A stretch of DNA of 36,364 nt from Burkholderiaceae bacterium (GCA_036732825.1 DAINBQ010000002.1:1-36364); one strand, 5' to 3'. Counted from the stretch's first letter, positions 9,262 through 18,481 are shown. A program made the numbers and translations. Notes: generated by a model from the letters alone, not told the origin.

Positions 9262-11402
9262 GATTCTTGCGCGGCGTCTGGCTCTGGGTACTGATCGCCT
9301 GCGGCGGCGTGCTCCTGGTGCTCGCTACCGGGGCGTTACTGCTTTATCTCGCGACGGACACCGAACGCAGACCAATTCTCAGCGCTTTGGCAAGCGAATC
9401 CGCGCCCCTGTTGTCCTTTGGTACGACCATCCTGCTCGTGGTCGCCGGCATGGCGGCACACTGGCTGTTTCGCCGTTATCCGCATGCGGCACGCCAGCTC
9501 GCCGAGCAGTCGCGCAGCGTGCTGGCCGCCGAGCACGGCTTTCGCGTGGCTGCGGCGGACGCGCCGGAACTGGCCGACGTCGCCTCTGCAATCAACCAGT
9601 TGGCCGACGCCTACCACCGCGTCGAGCAGGATCTCGATCAGCGCAGCGCCGACGCGCGGGCGCGCGTCGAGGAAGAGCGTGACCGCTTCGCAGCTCTGAT
9701 GTCGGAGCTTTCGCAGGGCGTGCTGGTGTGCAACGCCGACGGGCGCATCCTGCTCTACAACTCGCGCGCCGCAGCGTTGCTGGCACCGTTCGTCGGCAGC
9801 GCACCGCGCGGCGATTACAAACCGCTCGGCCTCGGCCGTTCGGTACTCGCGTTGCTCGACCGCAATCAGGTCGCGCATGCATTGGACTTGATTCAGCAGC
9901 AGCTCGATCACGTAGATCGGCCGCACGCGCGTTTTGTCGTCTCGGTTGCCAATGGCGCTCTGCTCCGCGTGCAGGTGGCGCCGTTCCTCGGAGCGGAGGG
10001 GCTTGTAGCCGGCATGGTATTTACCTTCGATGACGTGAGCGGCATGGTCGGCCGCGAAGCTCAACGCCTGCGGCTATTGCAGTCGCTGGCGACCGGCACG
10101 CGTGCGCCTGCGGCCAACCTGCGCGCAGCGGCAGAGAACCTCGCCGGGTATCCGGACATGCCGGCCGACCAGCGCAAACAATTCGTTGAAATCGCCGTTG
10201 CCGAGTCGCGGATCCTGACTGACCGGCTGAACACCGCGCTGCGCGAGTATGCCGATGCACTGAAGGGCAGCCTGACGCTGGACGACATGCGCGCGGTCGA
10301 CTTGCTGGCAGTTGTGCAGCGGCGCATCAGCGATGTACTGCAGCTGCCGACCTCAATCGAGGAAGCCGACTCGGAACTGTGGTTGCGCGTAGACAGTTAT
10401 GCGATCGTGCAGGCGATGACCTTCCTGGCGGCACGCCTCGCTGGCGACTACCCGATCCACGGTTTTCAGCTGCGCGCCAGCAGCGGCGGCGGCTTTGCCG
10501 AGGTCGATCTGATCTGGACGGGCGCAATCGTCAGCAGCGAAGCACTGTCGCTGTGGGAAGGCGAACCAATGCGGATCGGAGCCGAGGAAACACCGCTCTC
10601 GCTGCGTGACGTGCTCGAGCGCCACGGCGCCGAGGCGTGGCTGCAGGTCGACAAGATCCGCCAAATCTCGCGCTTCCGCTTCCTGCTGCCGCGCGGAGAG
10701 GCTGCGGCGGCGTTGGCCTACAAGACAAGCACCGCGGAAAGCCGGCCGGAGTTCTATGACTTCGATTTGTTCGACCGTATCGATACGGCCGGTGCGCTGG
10801 CTGAACGCAAGCTGTCGGAGCTTTCGTACACGATATTCGATACGGAAACCACGGGACTGGAGCCGTCGGCCGGCGACGAGATAATCTCGATGGGTGCGGT
10901 TCGCATTGTCAACGGCCGTTTGCTGAAGCAGGAAGTGTTCGAGCAACTGGTCAACCCGCGCCGGTCGATCAGCCGCGAGTCAGTTGCCGTGCACGGAATC
11001 GAGGCGCGCCAGTTGCTCAATGAGCCGCCGATCGAACAGGTGCTGCCGCGGTTCCATCGCTTCTGCGAGGATACGGTGCTGGTGGCTCACAACGCCGCGT
11101 TCGACATGCGTTTCCTCGAACTGAAGGAAGCCGCCGCCGGAGTGCACTTCGGTCAGCCGGTGCTCGACACGCTTCTGCTTTCGGCGGTCGTGCACCCGAG
11201 CCTGGACAATCACGATCTGGATACGATTGCCGAACGTGTCGGTGTCCGCGTGATCGGGCGGCACACCGCGCTCGGCGATGCACTGGTGACAGCCGAAGTG
11301 TTCCTGCGTCTGCTGCCACTGCTTGCCGAACGTGGCATCGTCACTCTGGCGCAGGCGCTCGAGGCGTCTCGCGCAAGCTACCTTGCGCGCCTTCAGTACT
11401 GA
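9258..11402 (+). CDS. Membrane-anchored HAMP/PAS sensor with degenerate histidine-kinase core fused to a DEDDh (DnaQ/PolIII-epsilon-like) 3'-5' exonuclease
   Basis: Two N-terminal TM helices are followed by a HAMP-like segment and a PAS-like segment (LSQGVLVCNADGRILLYNSRAAALL). The DHp-like segment LQSLATGTRAPAANLRAAAENL aligns to an H-box with Thr where His is expected. I see no G1/G2 glycine boxes. The C-terminus carries ExoI FDTETTGL (D528, E530), ExoII VAHNAAFDMRFL (D616) and ExoIII HTALGDALVTAEVF (H669, D674). Confidence 0.85.
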   Translation: MRFLRGVWLWVLIACGGVLLVLATGALLLYLATDTERRPILSALASESAPLLSFGTTILLVVAGMAAHWLFRRYPHAARQLAEQSRSVLAAEHGFRVAAADAPELADVASAINQLADAYHRVEQDLDQRSADARARVEEERDRFAALMSELSQGVLVCNADGRILLYNSRAAALLAPFVGSAPRGDYKPLGLGRSVLALLDRNQVAHALDLIQQQLDHVDRPHARFVVSVANGALLRVQVAPFLGAEGLVAGMVFTFDDVSGMVGREAQRLRLLQSLATGTRAPAANLRAAAENLAGYPDMPADQRKQFVEIAVAESRILTDRLNTALREYADALKGSLTLDDMRAVDLLAVVQRRISDVLQLPTSIEEADSELWLRVDSYAIVQAMTFLAARLAGDYPIHGFQLRASSGGGFAEVDLIWTGAIVSSEALSLWEGEPMRIGAEETPLSLRDVLERHGAEAWLQVDKIRQISRFRFLLPRGEAAAALAYKTSTAESRPEFYDFDLFDRIDTAGALAERKLSELSYTIFDTETTGLEPSAGDEIISMGAVRIVNGRLLKQEVFEQLVNPRRSISRESVAVHGIEARQLLNEPPIEQVLPRFHRFCEDTVLVAHNAAFDMRFLELKEAAAGVHFGQPVLDTLLLSAVVHPSLDNHDLDTIAERVGVRVIGRHTALGDALVTAEVFLRLLPLLAERGIVTLAQALEASRASYLARLQY

Positions 11403-11416
11403 ACCGGAACGCCGCC

Positions 11417-12892
11417 ATGGCAGAGCACTTCCCGACTCCGATTGGCAAGCCCGACCGCCGACTTGCCGGCGAGCAGCGAACACTGGCACAGCCGCTGCGC
11501 AGCCTCATCCGCGGCGCGCCACTGGTCTGCAACGAAAAAGATACGGTTCGCACAGCCGTTCAGCGGATGCACGATGAAAATGTCGGTGCGATCGTCGTTC
11601 TCGACGGCCGGAACCGCCCGATCGGGATCTTCACCGAACGCGACCTGTTGCGGGCAACACTGCAGCTGCAGCTCGATGCGCCAGTGACCGACGTCATGTC
11701 AAGCGACCCGCTGTCTCTGCCCGACCACACGCCCTCGTACGAAGCTGCATTGCTGATGATCCAGCACGGCATCCGCCACGTGCTGGTCAATCGAGACGAT
11801 CAGCTTGTCGGCGTGATTTCGGAGCGTGATCTGTTTTCGCTGCAGCGCCTCGGCCTGGGCGAGCTGACGATGGAGACCCGGCTGGCACGCGACGTCGATA
11901 CATTGGCCGGCCTCGCCGGACGGGTGCGGCAGCTGACGCGGATACTGCTCGAACAGGGAGTCGCGGCAGAGCAGTTGACGTTGTTCGTTTCCGTGTTGAA
12001 CGACCGCATCTCCGAACGGATCATAGAGCTGGTGCGCAAGCGTCACAGCTGGGAGCGTATCGGCTGGTGCTGGCTTGCGTTCGGCAGCGAGGGTCGGCTC
12101 GAACAGACTTTCGCCACCGATCAGGACAACGGGCTGGTATTCGTTGCCCACGACGACCGTGCGCCGGCACGGGTGCGCGAGCTGCTTTTGCCGTTTGCGC
12201 GCGAAGTCAACGAGGCGCTCGATGCCTGCGGCTTTCCGCTGTGCAAGGGCAACGTGATGGCATCCAACCCGGAGCTGTGCCTGTCGATGGCGGAATGGAA
12301 GGCCAAGCTCGAAGGCTGGCTCGCCAACTCGGACCCGAAGGCGCTGCTAGATGCCGCGATATGTTTCGATTTCCGCGCGCTGTACGGTGACGCTCGACTG
12401 GCGTCGGACCTGCGCCGATGGTTCCTCGAAGTCACGCGCAAGCGGCCGAACTTCCTGCGCCTGATGGCAGAGAACGCGCTCCAGGTAAAGCCTCCGCTGG
12501 GTCGCTGGCGCGACTTCATCACCGAGGATGCACCCAACACACCGGGCACGATCAACCTGAAGATGTACGGCGTGCGGCCCTTCGTCGATGCGGCGCGCGT
12601 CTATTCACTGGCCCACGGGTTGCCGCAGACGAACACTGCAGACCGCCTGCGCGGGGCCGGATCCGCCGGCGCGCTGCCGACGGATGAAACCCGGTCGATG
12701 CTGGCTGCGTTCTTCCTGATCCAGCGCATCCGGCTCGCGCACCAGGCGACTTCCGACACCTTTGCTGCCCACGACGGATCGAACCGGATCGACCCGGACA
12801 CGCTCAATCAGCTCGACCGAAGATCGCTGAAGGAGGCGTTCCGTATCGCCCGCGACCTGCAGTCACGGCTCGCGATGGACTATCACTTGTAG
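11417..12892 (+). CDS. CBS-pair + DUF294 (GlnD-type Pol-beta-fold) nucleotidyltransferase with DUF294_C substrate-binding-like domain
   Basis: Two CBS motifs (VGAIVVLDGRNRPIGIFTERDLL and IRHVLVNRDDQLVGVISERDLF). The NTase signature is LAFGSEGRLEQTFATDQDNGLVF (G223-S224 at 12083-12088; D235/D237 at 12119-12127). The helical C-terminal half includes KMYGVRPFVDAARVYSL. The gene starts 14 nt after the exonuclease gene. Confidence 0.85.
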   Translation: MAEHFPTPIGKPDRRLAGEQRTLAQPLRSLIRGAPLVCNEKDTVRTAVQRMHDENVGAIVVLDGRNRPIGIFTERDLLRATLQLQLDAPVTDVMSSDPLSLPDHTPSYEAALLMIQHGIRHVLVNRDDQLVGVISERDLFSLQRLGLGELTMETRLARDVDTLAGLAGRVRQLTRILLEQGVAAEQLTLFVSVLNDRISERIIELVRKRHSWERIGWCWLAFGSEGRLEQTFATDQDNGLVFVAHDDRAPARVRELLLPFAREVNEALDACGFPLCKGNVMASNPELCLSMAEWKAKLEGWLANSDPKALLDAAICFDFRALYGDARLASDLRRWFLEVTRKRPNFLRLMAENALQVKPPLGRWRDFITEDAPNTPGTINLKMYGVRPFVDAARVYSLAHGLPQTNTADRLRGAGSAGALPTDETRSMLAAFFLIQRIRLAHQATSDTFAAHDGSNRIDPDTLNQLDRRSLKEAFRIARDLQSRLAMDYHL

Positions 12893-12900
12893 CGAGGGAC

Positions 12901-13842
12901 CTAGGCCTTCTGCACCTGCTGGCTCTTGATGACCGACATTGCCGCGGCGATCAGGCTCGCGACGTCCGCCAGATTGGCCGGAACGATCAGCGTGTTGTTC
13001 GTCTTCGCGAGGTTGCCGAACGCGTCGACGTAGCGATCCGCCACCCGCAGGTTCACTGCCTCCATCCCGCCCGGCTGGCGGACGGATTCCGCGACCATCT
13101 GGATCGCGCGCGCCGTGGCCTCCGCAACCGCGAGTACCGCGCCGGCTTCGCCCTGCGCGATGTTGATCTGCGCCTGCTTCTCGCCCTCGGATCGCGCGAT
13201 TTCGGCCTCGCGCGCGCCGGTCGCGATGTTGATCTGCTCCTGCTTGCGCCCTTCGGACGATGCGATCAGCGCGCGCTTCTCGCGCTCGGCGGTGATCTGC
13301 GCCTGCATCGCGTGCAGGATCGCATTCGGTGGAGTGATGTCCTTGATTTCATAGCGCAGGACCTTGACGCCCCAGTTCATCGCCGCTTCGTCGATAGCGG
13401 AGACGACGCTGTGGTTGATGAACTCGCGCTCCTCGAAGGTCTTGTCGAGCTCGAGCTTGCCGATCACCGAACGCAGCGTCGTCTGCGCCAGCTGCGTGAT
13501 CGCGAGGATGTAGTTGCTGGCGCCGTACGAGGCCCGCTGCGGATCGGTGACCTGGAAATACAGCACGCCGTCCACCTGCAGCTGCGTGTTGTCCTTCGTG
13601 ATGCAGACCTGGCTCGGCGTATCGAGCGGAACCTCCTTCAGGCTGTGCTTGTAGGCCGCGCGATCGATGAAAGGGATGACGATGTTGAGGCCGGGCTGCA
13701 GCGTCGCGTGGAACTTGCCGAGCCGCTCGACCACCCAGGCGCTCTGCTGCGGCACGACCTTGACCGCCTTCACGACGAACGTGATCGCGACGACCAGAAC
13801 GACGATCGCGATGATCGCAACGCCGTCGACATAGGTGAACAT
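12901..13842 (-). CDS. qmcA: SPFH/band-7 (stomatin/paraslipin-like) membrane protein
   Basis: N-terminal TM helix, then VKVVPQQSAWVVERLGKFHATLQPGLNIVIPFID...VDGVLYFQVTDP...WGVKVLRYEIKDITPP and an A/E/Q-rich coiled coil. It pairs with the upstream nfeD, as in ybbJ-ybbK. Confidence 0.88.
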   Translation of the reverse strand: MFTYVDGVAIIAIVVLVVAITFVVKAVKVVPQQSAWVVERLGKFHATLQPGLNIVIPFIDRAAYKHSLKEVPLDTPSQVCITKDNTQLQVDGVLYFQVTDPQRASYGASNYILAITQLAQTTLRSVIGKLELDKTFEEREFINHSVVSAIDEAAMNWGVKVLRYEIKDITPPNAILHAMQAQITAEREKRALIASSEGRKQEQINIATGAREAEIARSEGEKQAQINIAQGEAGAVLAVAEATARAIQMVAESVRQPGGMEAVNLRVADRYVDAFGNLAKTNNTLIVPANLADVASLIAAAMSVIKSQQVQKA

Positions 13843-13853
13843 GAATGGATCTC

Positions 13854-14285
13854 CTACCGCGGCTTCGCGGCGACGATGAGGCGGTTGGCCTGGATCTCGC
13901 GGATCACGAAGTCACCGGCGGCCGGCAGTTCGCCCGGTGCGAGCTCGACGTCCCAGGTCGCACCGCGGTACTGCGCGCGCGCCGTACGACCCGGCGTCCA
14001 GGCGTCGACGCGCAGGGTCTGGCCGATATCCATGTGCTGCACCCGATCGTCCGCGCGCTCGTGCAGGCGCCGGCCGAACCGGGTCGAGCGCAGCCACATC
14101 GACCCGCCCAGTCCGATCGCTGCGGCGATCACGAGCTGGAGCGCCAGCGACGCACCGGCCAGCGCACCGAGGCCGGCGGCACCGAGCGCCACTGCGATCA
14201 CCAGCAGGTAGAAGGTCCCCGTCAGCAGTTCGGCGACCAGCAGGCCGAAGCCGATGACGAACCACCAGACGTACCCCTCCATCAC
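13854..14285 (-). CDS. NfeD family membrane protein
   Basis: Three hydrophobic segments (WWFVIGFGLLVAELLTGTFYLLVIAVALGAAG...) plus a C-terminal OB-like soluble domain (GQTLRVDAW...ARAQYRGATWDVEL). It ends 11 nt upstream of the SPFH gene. Confidence 0.8.
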   Translation of the reverse strand: MMEGYVWWFVIGFGLLVAELLTGTFYLLVIAVALGAAGLGALAGASLALQLVIAAAIGLGGSMWLRSTRFGRRLHERADDRVQHMDIGQTLRVDAWTPGRTARAQYRGATWDVELAPGELPAAGDFVIREIQANRLIVAAKPR

Positions 14286-14322
14286 TCACTCCCGGTTGGA
14301 CGCTTCTCGCGACGGCCGCTAT

Positions 14323-16719
14323 TCAAGCAGAACGGGCGAGCCGCTGCCAGGTTTCCACGACGGTGTCCGGATTCAGCGAAATCGACTCGATGCCCTGCTC
14401 CATCAGCCATTCCGCGAAGTCCGCGTGGTCCGATGGCCCCTGGCCGCAGATGCCGATGTACTTGCCGCGCGCGCGGCACGCGGAGATCGCCTGCGCAATC
14501 AGTGCCGTGACCGCGGGGTCGCGCTCGTCGAAGCCCTCGGCAACCAGCCCCGAGTCGCGGTCGAGCCCGAGCGTCAGCTGCGTCAGGTCGTTCGAACCGA
14601 TCGAGAAACCGTCGAAATAATCGAGGAAGCGGTCGGCGAGAATCGCATTGGAAGGCACCTCGCACATCATGATCAGGCGCAGGCCGCCGCTGCCGTCGGC
14701 GGCCTTGCCGCTGTCGCGCGACAGGCCATGCTCCGCAAGCAATTCGGTGACGCGCCGCGCCTCGGTCAGCGTGCGCACGAACGGCACCATGATCTGGACG
14801 TTCGTGAGCCCCATTTCCTCGCGAACCCTCTTCAGCGCGGCCGCTTCCATGCGGAAGCACTCGCGGAACGAATCCGCGATGTAGCGCGCGGCGCCACGAA
14901 AGCCGAGCATCGGGTTCTCCTCGTCGGGCTCGTAGCGGGTGCCCCCGATCAGCTTCTTGTATTCGTTGCTCTTGAAGTCCGACATGCGGACGATCACCGG
15001 CTTGGGCCAGAACGCAGCCGCGATCGTCGCGATGCCTTCCGCCAGCCTGGCCTCGAAGAACGCGCGTGGGCTGCGGTAACCGGCGGAAAGCCGCTCGACG
15101 GCGTGCTTGAGCTCCGGATCGAGATTCGGATAGTCGAGCACCGCTTTCGGGTGCACGCCGATGTTGTTGTTGATGATGAACTCGAGTCGCGCGAGCCCGA
15201 CGCCGGCGTTCGGCAAGGACTGGAAGTCGAACGCCAGGTGCGGATTGCCGACGTTCATCATGATCTTCACCGGTATCTTCGGCATCTCGCCGTGCATCAC
15301 CGACTCGACTTCCATTTCGAGCGCGCCGGCGTAGATGTTGCCGGTATCGCCTTCCGCGCAGCAGACCGTGACGACAGCGCCTTCGACCAGGTCCTCGGTC
15401 GCCGTGCCGCAGCCGACGACGGCCGGGATGCCGAGTTCGCGCGCGATGATGGCCGCATGACAGGTGCGGCCGCCGCGATTCGTGACGATGGCCGATGCGC
15501 GCTTCATCACGGGCTCCCAGTTGGGATCCGTCATGTCCGTCACGAGCACGTCGCCCGGTTGCACGCGATCCATCTCGCGTACGTCCTGGATGATGCGAAC
15601 CGGCCCGATCCCGATCTTCTGGCCGATCGCCCGGCCGGAAGCCAGGATTGCGCCCTTGCCCTTCAGGCGGAAGCGCTGCTGCTTCTCGTTGCCGGCCTGC
15701 GATTTCACCGTCTCGGGGCGCGCCTGCAGGATGTAGATGCCGCCGTCGACGCCGTCCTTGCCCCACTCGATGTCCATCGGCCGGCCATAGTGCTGCTCGA
15801 TCGTCACCGCGTAGCGGGCGAGCTCGAGCACGTCGGCATCGGTGAGCGAAAACGAGTGGCGCTCGGTCTCCGGGACGTCGACCGTCCGCACGGTCCGTCC
15901 GTTCGCGGCCGCGGGATCGAACTCCATCTTGATCAGTTTCGAGCCCAGGCTGCGGCGGATGATCGGGAACTTGCCAGCCGCCAGCATCGGCTTGTGCACG
16001 TAGAACTCGTCGGGGTTGACGGCCCCCTGCACGACGGTCTCGCCCAGGCCATAGCTCGACGTGATGAAGACGACGTCCCGGAATCCCGACTCGGTGTCCA
16101 TCGTGAACATGACACCCGCCGCCCCTCGGTCGCTGCGCACCATGCGCTGCACACCCGCCGAAAGCGCCACCTCGCCTTGCGCGTAGCCCTTGTGCACGCG
16201 GTACGCGATCGCGCGGTCGTTGTAGAGCGAGGCGAACACCTCCCGGATGCGATGCACAACCGCGTCGAGCCCGGACACGTTCAGGAAGGTCTCCTGCTGT
16301 CCGGCGAACGACGCGTCCGGCATGTCCTCGGCCGTCGCGCTGGAGCGGACAGCGAATGATGTTTCACTTGAAGATCCGTGCGTAAGCTCTTGAAATATTA
16401 TTCTAATTTCCGCCTCGAAATCAGGCGGGAACGGACAGGAAACGATCCATTCGCGGATCTCGCGACCGGCTTCGGTCAGCGCCCGCACATCGTCGACATC
16501 GAGCGTCGCCAGCCGCTTTGAGATGCGCTCCCTCAGTTGTCCCGCGTCGAGAAAGGCGCGAAAAGCCTCCGCCGTGGTCGCAAACCCGTCCGGGACGTTG
16601 ATGCCGGCTTGAGACAGCTGGCTCAGCATCTCGCCCAGCGATGCGTTCTTGCCGCCGACCGATTCGACATCGCTCATCCGGAGCTGGGAAAACGGTACGA
16701 CGTACTTGCCGCGCTGCAT
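14323..16719 (-). CDS. ppsA: Phosphoenolpyruvate synthase (pyruvate, water dikinase)
   Basis: [37 protein letters not shown], the phospho-His region [24 protein letters not shown] and the C-terminal PEP-utilising domain [12 protein letters not shown]. The start was trimmed to [10 protein letters not shown] (ATG at 16719, AGGAGA RBS); the track start is 16800. Confidence 0.95.
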   Translation of the reverse strand: MQRGKYVVPFSQLRMSDVESVGGKNASLGEMLSQLSQAGINVPDGFATTAEAFRAFLDAGQLRERISKRLATLDVDDVRALTEAGREIREWIVSCPFPPDFEAEIRIIFQELTHGSSSETSFAVRSSATAEDMPDASFAGQQETFLNVSGLDAVVHRIREVFASLYNDRAIAYRVHKGYAQGEVALSAGVQRMVRSDRGAAGVMFTMDTESGFRDVVFITSSYGLGETVVQGAVNPDEFYVHKPMLAAGKFPIIRRSLGSKLIKMEFDPAAANGRTVRTVDVPETERHSFSLTDADVLELARYAVTIEQHYGRPMDIEWGKDGVDGGIYILQARPETVKSQAGNEKQQRFRLKGKGAILASGRAIGQKIGIGPVRIIQDVREMDRVQPGDVLVTDMTDPNWEPVMKRASAIVTNRGGRTCHAAIIARELGIPAVVGCGTATEDLVEGAVVTVCCAEGDTGNIYAGALEMEVESVMHGEMPKIPVKIMMNVGNPHLAFDFQSLPNAGVGLARLEFIINNNIGVHPKAVLDYPNLDPELKHAVERLSAGYRSPRAFFEARLAEGIATIAAAFWPKPVIVRMSDFKSNEYKKLIGGTRYEPDEENPMLGFRGAARYIADSFRECFRMEAAALKRVREEMGLTNVQIMVPFVRTLTEARRVTELLAEHGLSRDSGKAADGSGGLRLIMMCEVPSNAILADRFLDYFDGFSIGSNDLTQLTLGLDRDSGLVAEGFDERDPAVTALIAQAISACRARGKYIGICGQGPSDHADFAEWLMEQGIESISLNPDTVVETWQRLARSA

Positions 16720-16811
16720 GCGCTCTCCTGATCGAGCTTCGTGTGACAGAATCGGCGGCATTTTACCGGTCGCACTTCGTTCGATCGTGCGCCGCATCAA
16801 CGTGAGCCTGC

Positions 16812-17660
16812 ATGCCCGATCGCCTCACCACTTCCTACGACCGCACCGTCTTCTTCGTATCGGACGGAACCGGCATCACGGCCGAGACACTCGGTCACAG
16901 CGTGCTGACGCAGTTCGAGAACCTGCGCTTCCGGCCGCAGCGGCTGCCGTTCATCGACTCGGCCGACAAGGCCCGCGAGGCGGCGGTTCGCATCAACGAG
17001 GCCGGAGCGCGGGACGGCAAGCGTGCCGTGGTGTTCTCGACGCTCGTCAACCCGGCGGTCGCTGCCACGCTGCGCGCCGGCACAGACGCTTTCTTCGTCG
17101 AGATGTTCGAGACTTTCGTCGAGCCGCTCGAGCGCGAGCTGGGACTGCAGTCGACGCACACGATCGGCCGTTCGCACAACATCGCGGTCAACTCCGAGGA
17201 CTACAAGAACCGCATCGAGGCCATCAACTTCACGCTTGCGCATGACGACGGCCAGTCGGCCCGCGGACTGGAAAAGGCCGACGTCATCCTGGTTGGCGTG
17301 TCGCGATCCGGCAAGACGCCGACGAGCCTCTACCTGGCCATGCAATACGGCGTGAAGGCCGCCAACTATCCGCTGATCCCCGAGGACTTCGAGCGCGGGC
17401 AACTACCGAGCGCGCTTCCTCAGCACAAGCCGAAGATCTTCGGCTTGTCGATCAGCCCGGAACGGCTGGCCGAAGTGCGTCACGAGCGGCGTCCCAACAG
17501 CCGCTACGCCTCGCCGGAAAACTGCCGCTACGAGGTCGAGGCTGCCGAACGCATGATGCGACGCGAAGGAATCCGCTGGCTCTCTTCGACGACCAAATCG
17601 ATCGAGGAGATCGCGGCGACGATCATGCAGGAAGTCCGGCTCGAAAGACGTTCCTACTAA
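16812..17660 (+). CDS. ppsR: PEP synthase regulatory protein (bifunctional kinase/pyrophosphorylase, DUF299)
   Basis: [25 protein letters not shown] and the P-loop [16 protein letters not shown]. Divergent from ppsA, the conserved arrangement. Confidence 0.93.
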   Translation: MPDRLTTSYDRTVFFVSDGTGITAETLGHSVLTQFENLRFRPQRLPFIDSADKAREAAVRINEAGARDGKRAVVFSTLVNPAVAATLRAGTDAFFVEMFETFVEPLERELGLQSTHTIGRSHNIAVNSEDYKNRIEAINFTLAHDDGQSARGLEKADVILVGVSRSGKTPTSLYLAMQYGVKAANYPLIPEDFERGQLPSALPQHKPKIFGLSISPERLAEVRHERRPNSRYASPENCRYEVEAAERMMRREGIRWLSSTTKSIEEIAATIMQEVRLERRSY

Positions 17661-18481
17661 CTGGAGTTCGGCCAGCGGCCAGACCCGGTTGGCGGCCCCG
17701 CCAGTCTGCGGCGGTGTTGCTCGAACAGGCAGACCGCCGCCGCGGCGGCGACATTCAGCGACTCGACTCGCTCGTCGATGGGGATGCGAAGTCGGCGCTG
17801 TGCGAGAGCGAGCGTCGCGGGTCCGAGGCCCTGCCCTTCGGCACCGAACATCCAGAGCGTCGGCGCGCGCTCCCAGCCCTCGGAGTAAAGGTCGTCCCCG
17901 CCGGCTGCGTCAGCGGCCAGGACGGTCCCCGCGAACACGCGACCGATCACCTCGGGCAACACCTCCTCGTGCAGCCCAAGCACGAAATGTGCACCCATGC
18001 CCGCGCGCAGCACCCTGGGTGACCACAGGTAGGCGCAGCCGGGACCGGCGAGCACCTGCCGCACCCCGGCTGCCGCCGCGGTCCGCAGCAACGTGCCGAC
18101 GTTGCCCGGATCCTGCACTCCGTCGAGGTAGACCGAATCCTCGTCGATCCGATCCGGCAGCAACGCGCGCGGAATCCCGATTTCCGCGAGCACGCCGCTC
18201 CCGTGCTCGACCGGGCTGATCGCGCGGTACAGCGCAGGCGCGAGTTCCACCGTCTTGACGCCCGGTAAGGCGCGCGCCTGATCGGCAAGCGCCAGAGCTT
18301 CAGCGGGCGTGTCGCCGGCGCGCAGTACCAGCGTATGCAGCACGGCCTTCGACAACTGTGCGGCCTGCAGCAGGTGCGCGCCTTCGATCAAGGTCCGGCC
18401 CAGCGTGCGGCAGTCACGCGCCGAGCCCGAAAGGCGCTTGAGGCGGCGAACTGTCGGATTCTCAGGCGAAGTGATGATCAT
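17657..18481 (-). CDS. TrmH/SpoU-family RNA 2'-O-methyltransferase
   Basis: SpoU motifs [11 protein letters not shown] and [23 protein letters not shown], with an N-terminal substrate-binding-like domain. It overlaps the rnhB 3' end by 20 nt. Confidence 0.85.
   Translation of the reverse strand: MIITSPENPTVRRLKRLSGSARDCRTLGRTLIEGAHLLQAAQLSKAVLHTLVLRAGDTPAEALALADQARALPGVKTVELAPALYRAISPVEHGSGVLAEIGIPRALLPDRIDEDSVYLDGVQDPGNVGTLLRTAAAAGVRQVLAGPGCAYLWSPRVLRAGMGAHFVLGLHEEVLPEVIGRVFAGTVLAADAAGGDDLYSEGWERAPTLWMFGAEGQGLGPATLALAQRRLRIPIDERVESLNVAAAAAVCLFEQHRRRLAGPPTGSGRWPNSS

Noticed and set aside
9336-11489. Several 60-240-aa antisense or off-frame ORFs inside the exonuclease-fusion gene
   Set aside because: They have no motifs and a biased composition. 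The plus-frame 9258-11402 product has ordered TM/HAMP/PAS/DHp-like/DEDDh domains.
9258-12892. Possibility that the nucleotidyltransferase + nuclease pair is a CBASS-like or other anti-phage defence module
   Set aside because: The NTase is GlnD/DUF294-type with CBS sensors rather than a CD-NTase. I saw no flanking integrase, transposase, tRNA or compositional shift, and the cassette is embedded in core genes and linked to a two-component system. I cannot exclude defence, but nothing in the sequence supports it.
14254-16359. 701-aa plus-strand ORF and 494-aa off-frame minus ORF (14282-15766) over ppsA
   Set aside because: The ppsA frame (14323-16719) is unambiguous. These are high-GC shadow frames.
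16720-16800. N-terminal extensions of track ORFs: ppsA to 16800, lpxB to 20671, lpxD to 23075, pyrH to 31153, rpsB to 32854, skp to 23122, guaB to 2910, rnfH to 3933
   Set aside because: The extensions overlap upstream genes or lack family homology. Internal ATGs with good RBS or ATGA-type coupling reproduce canonical N-termini.
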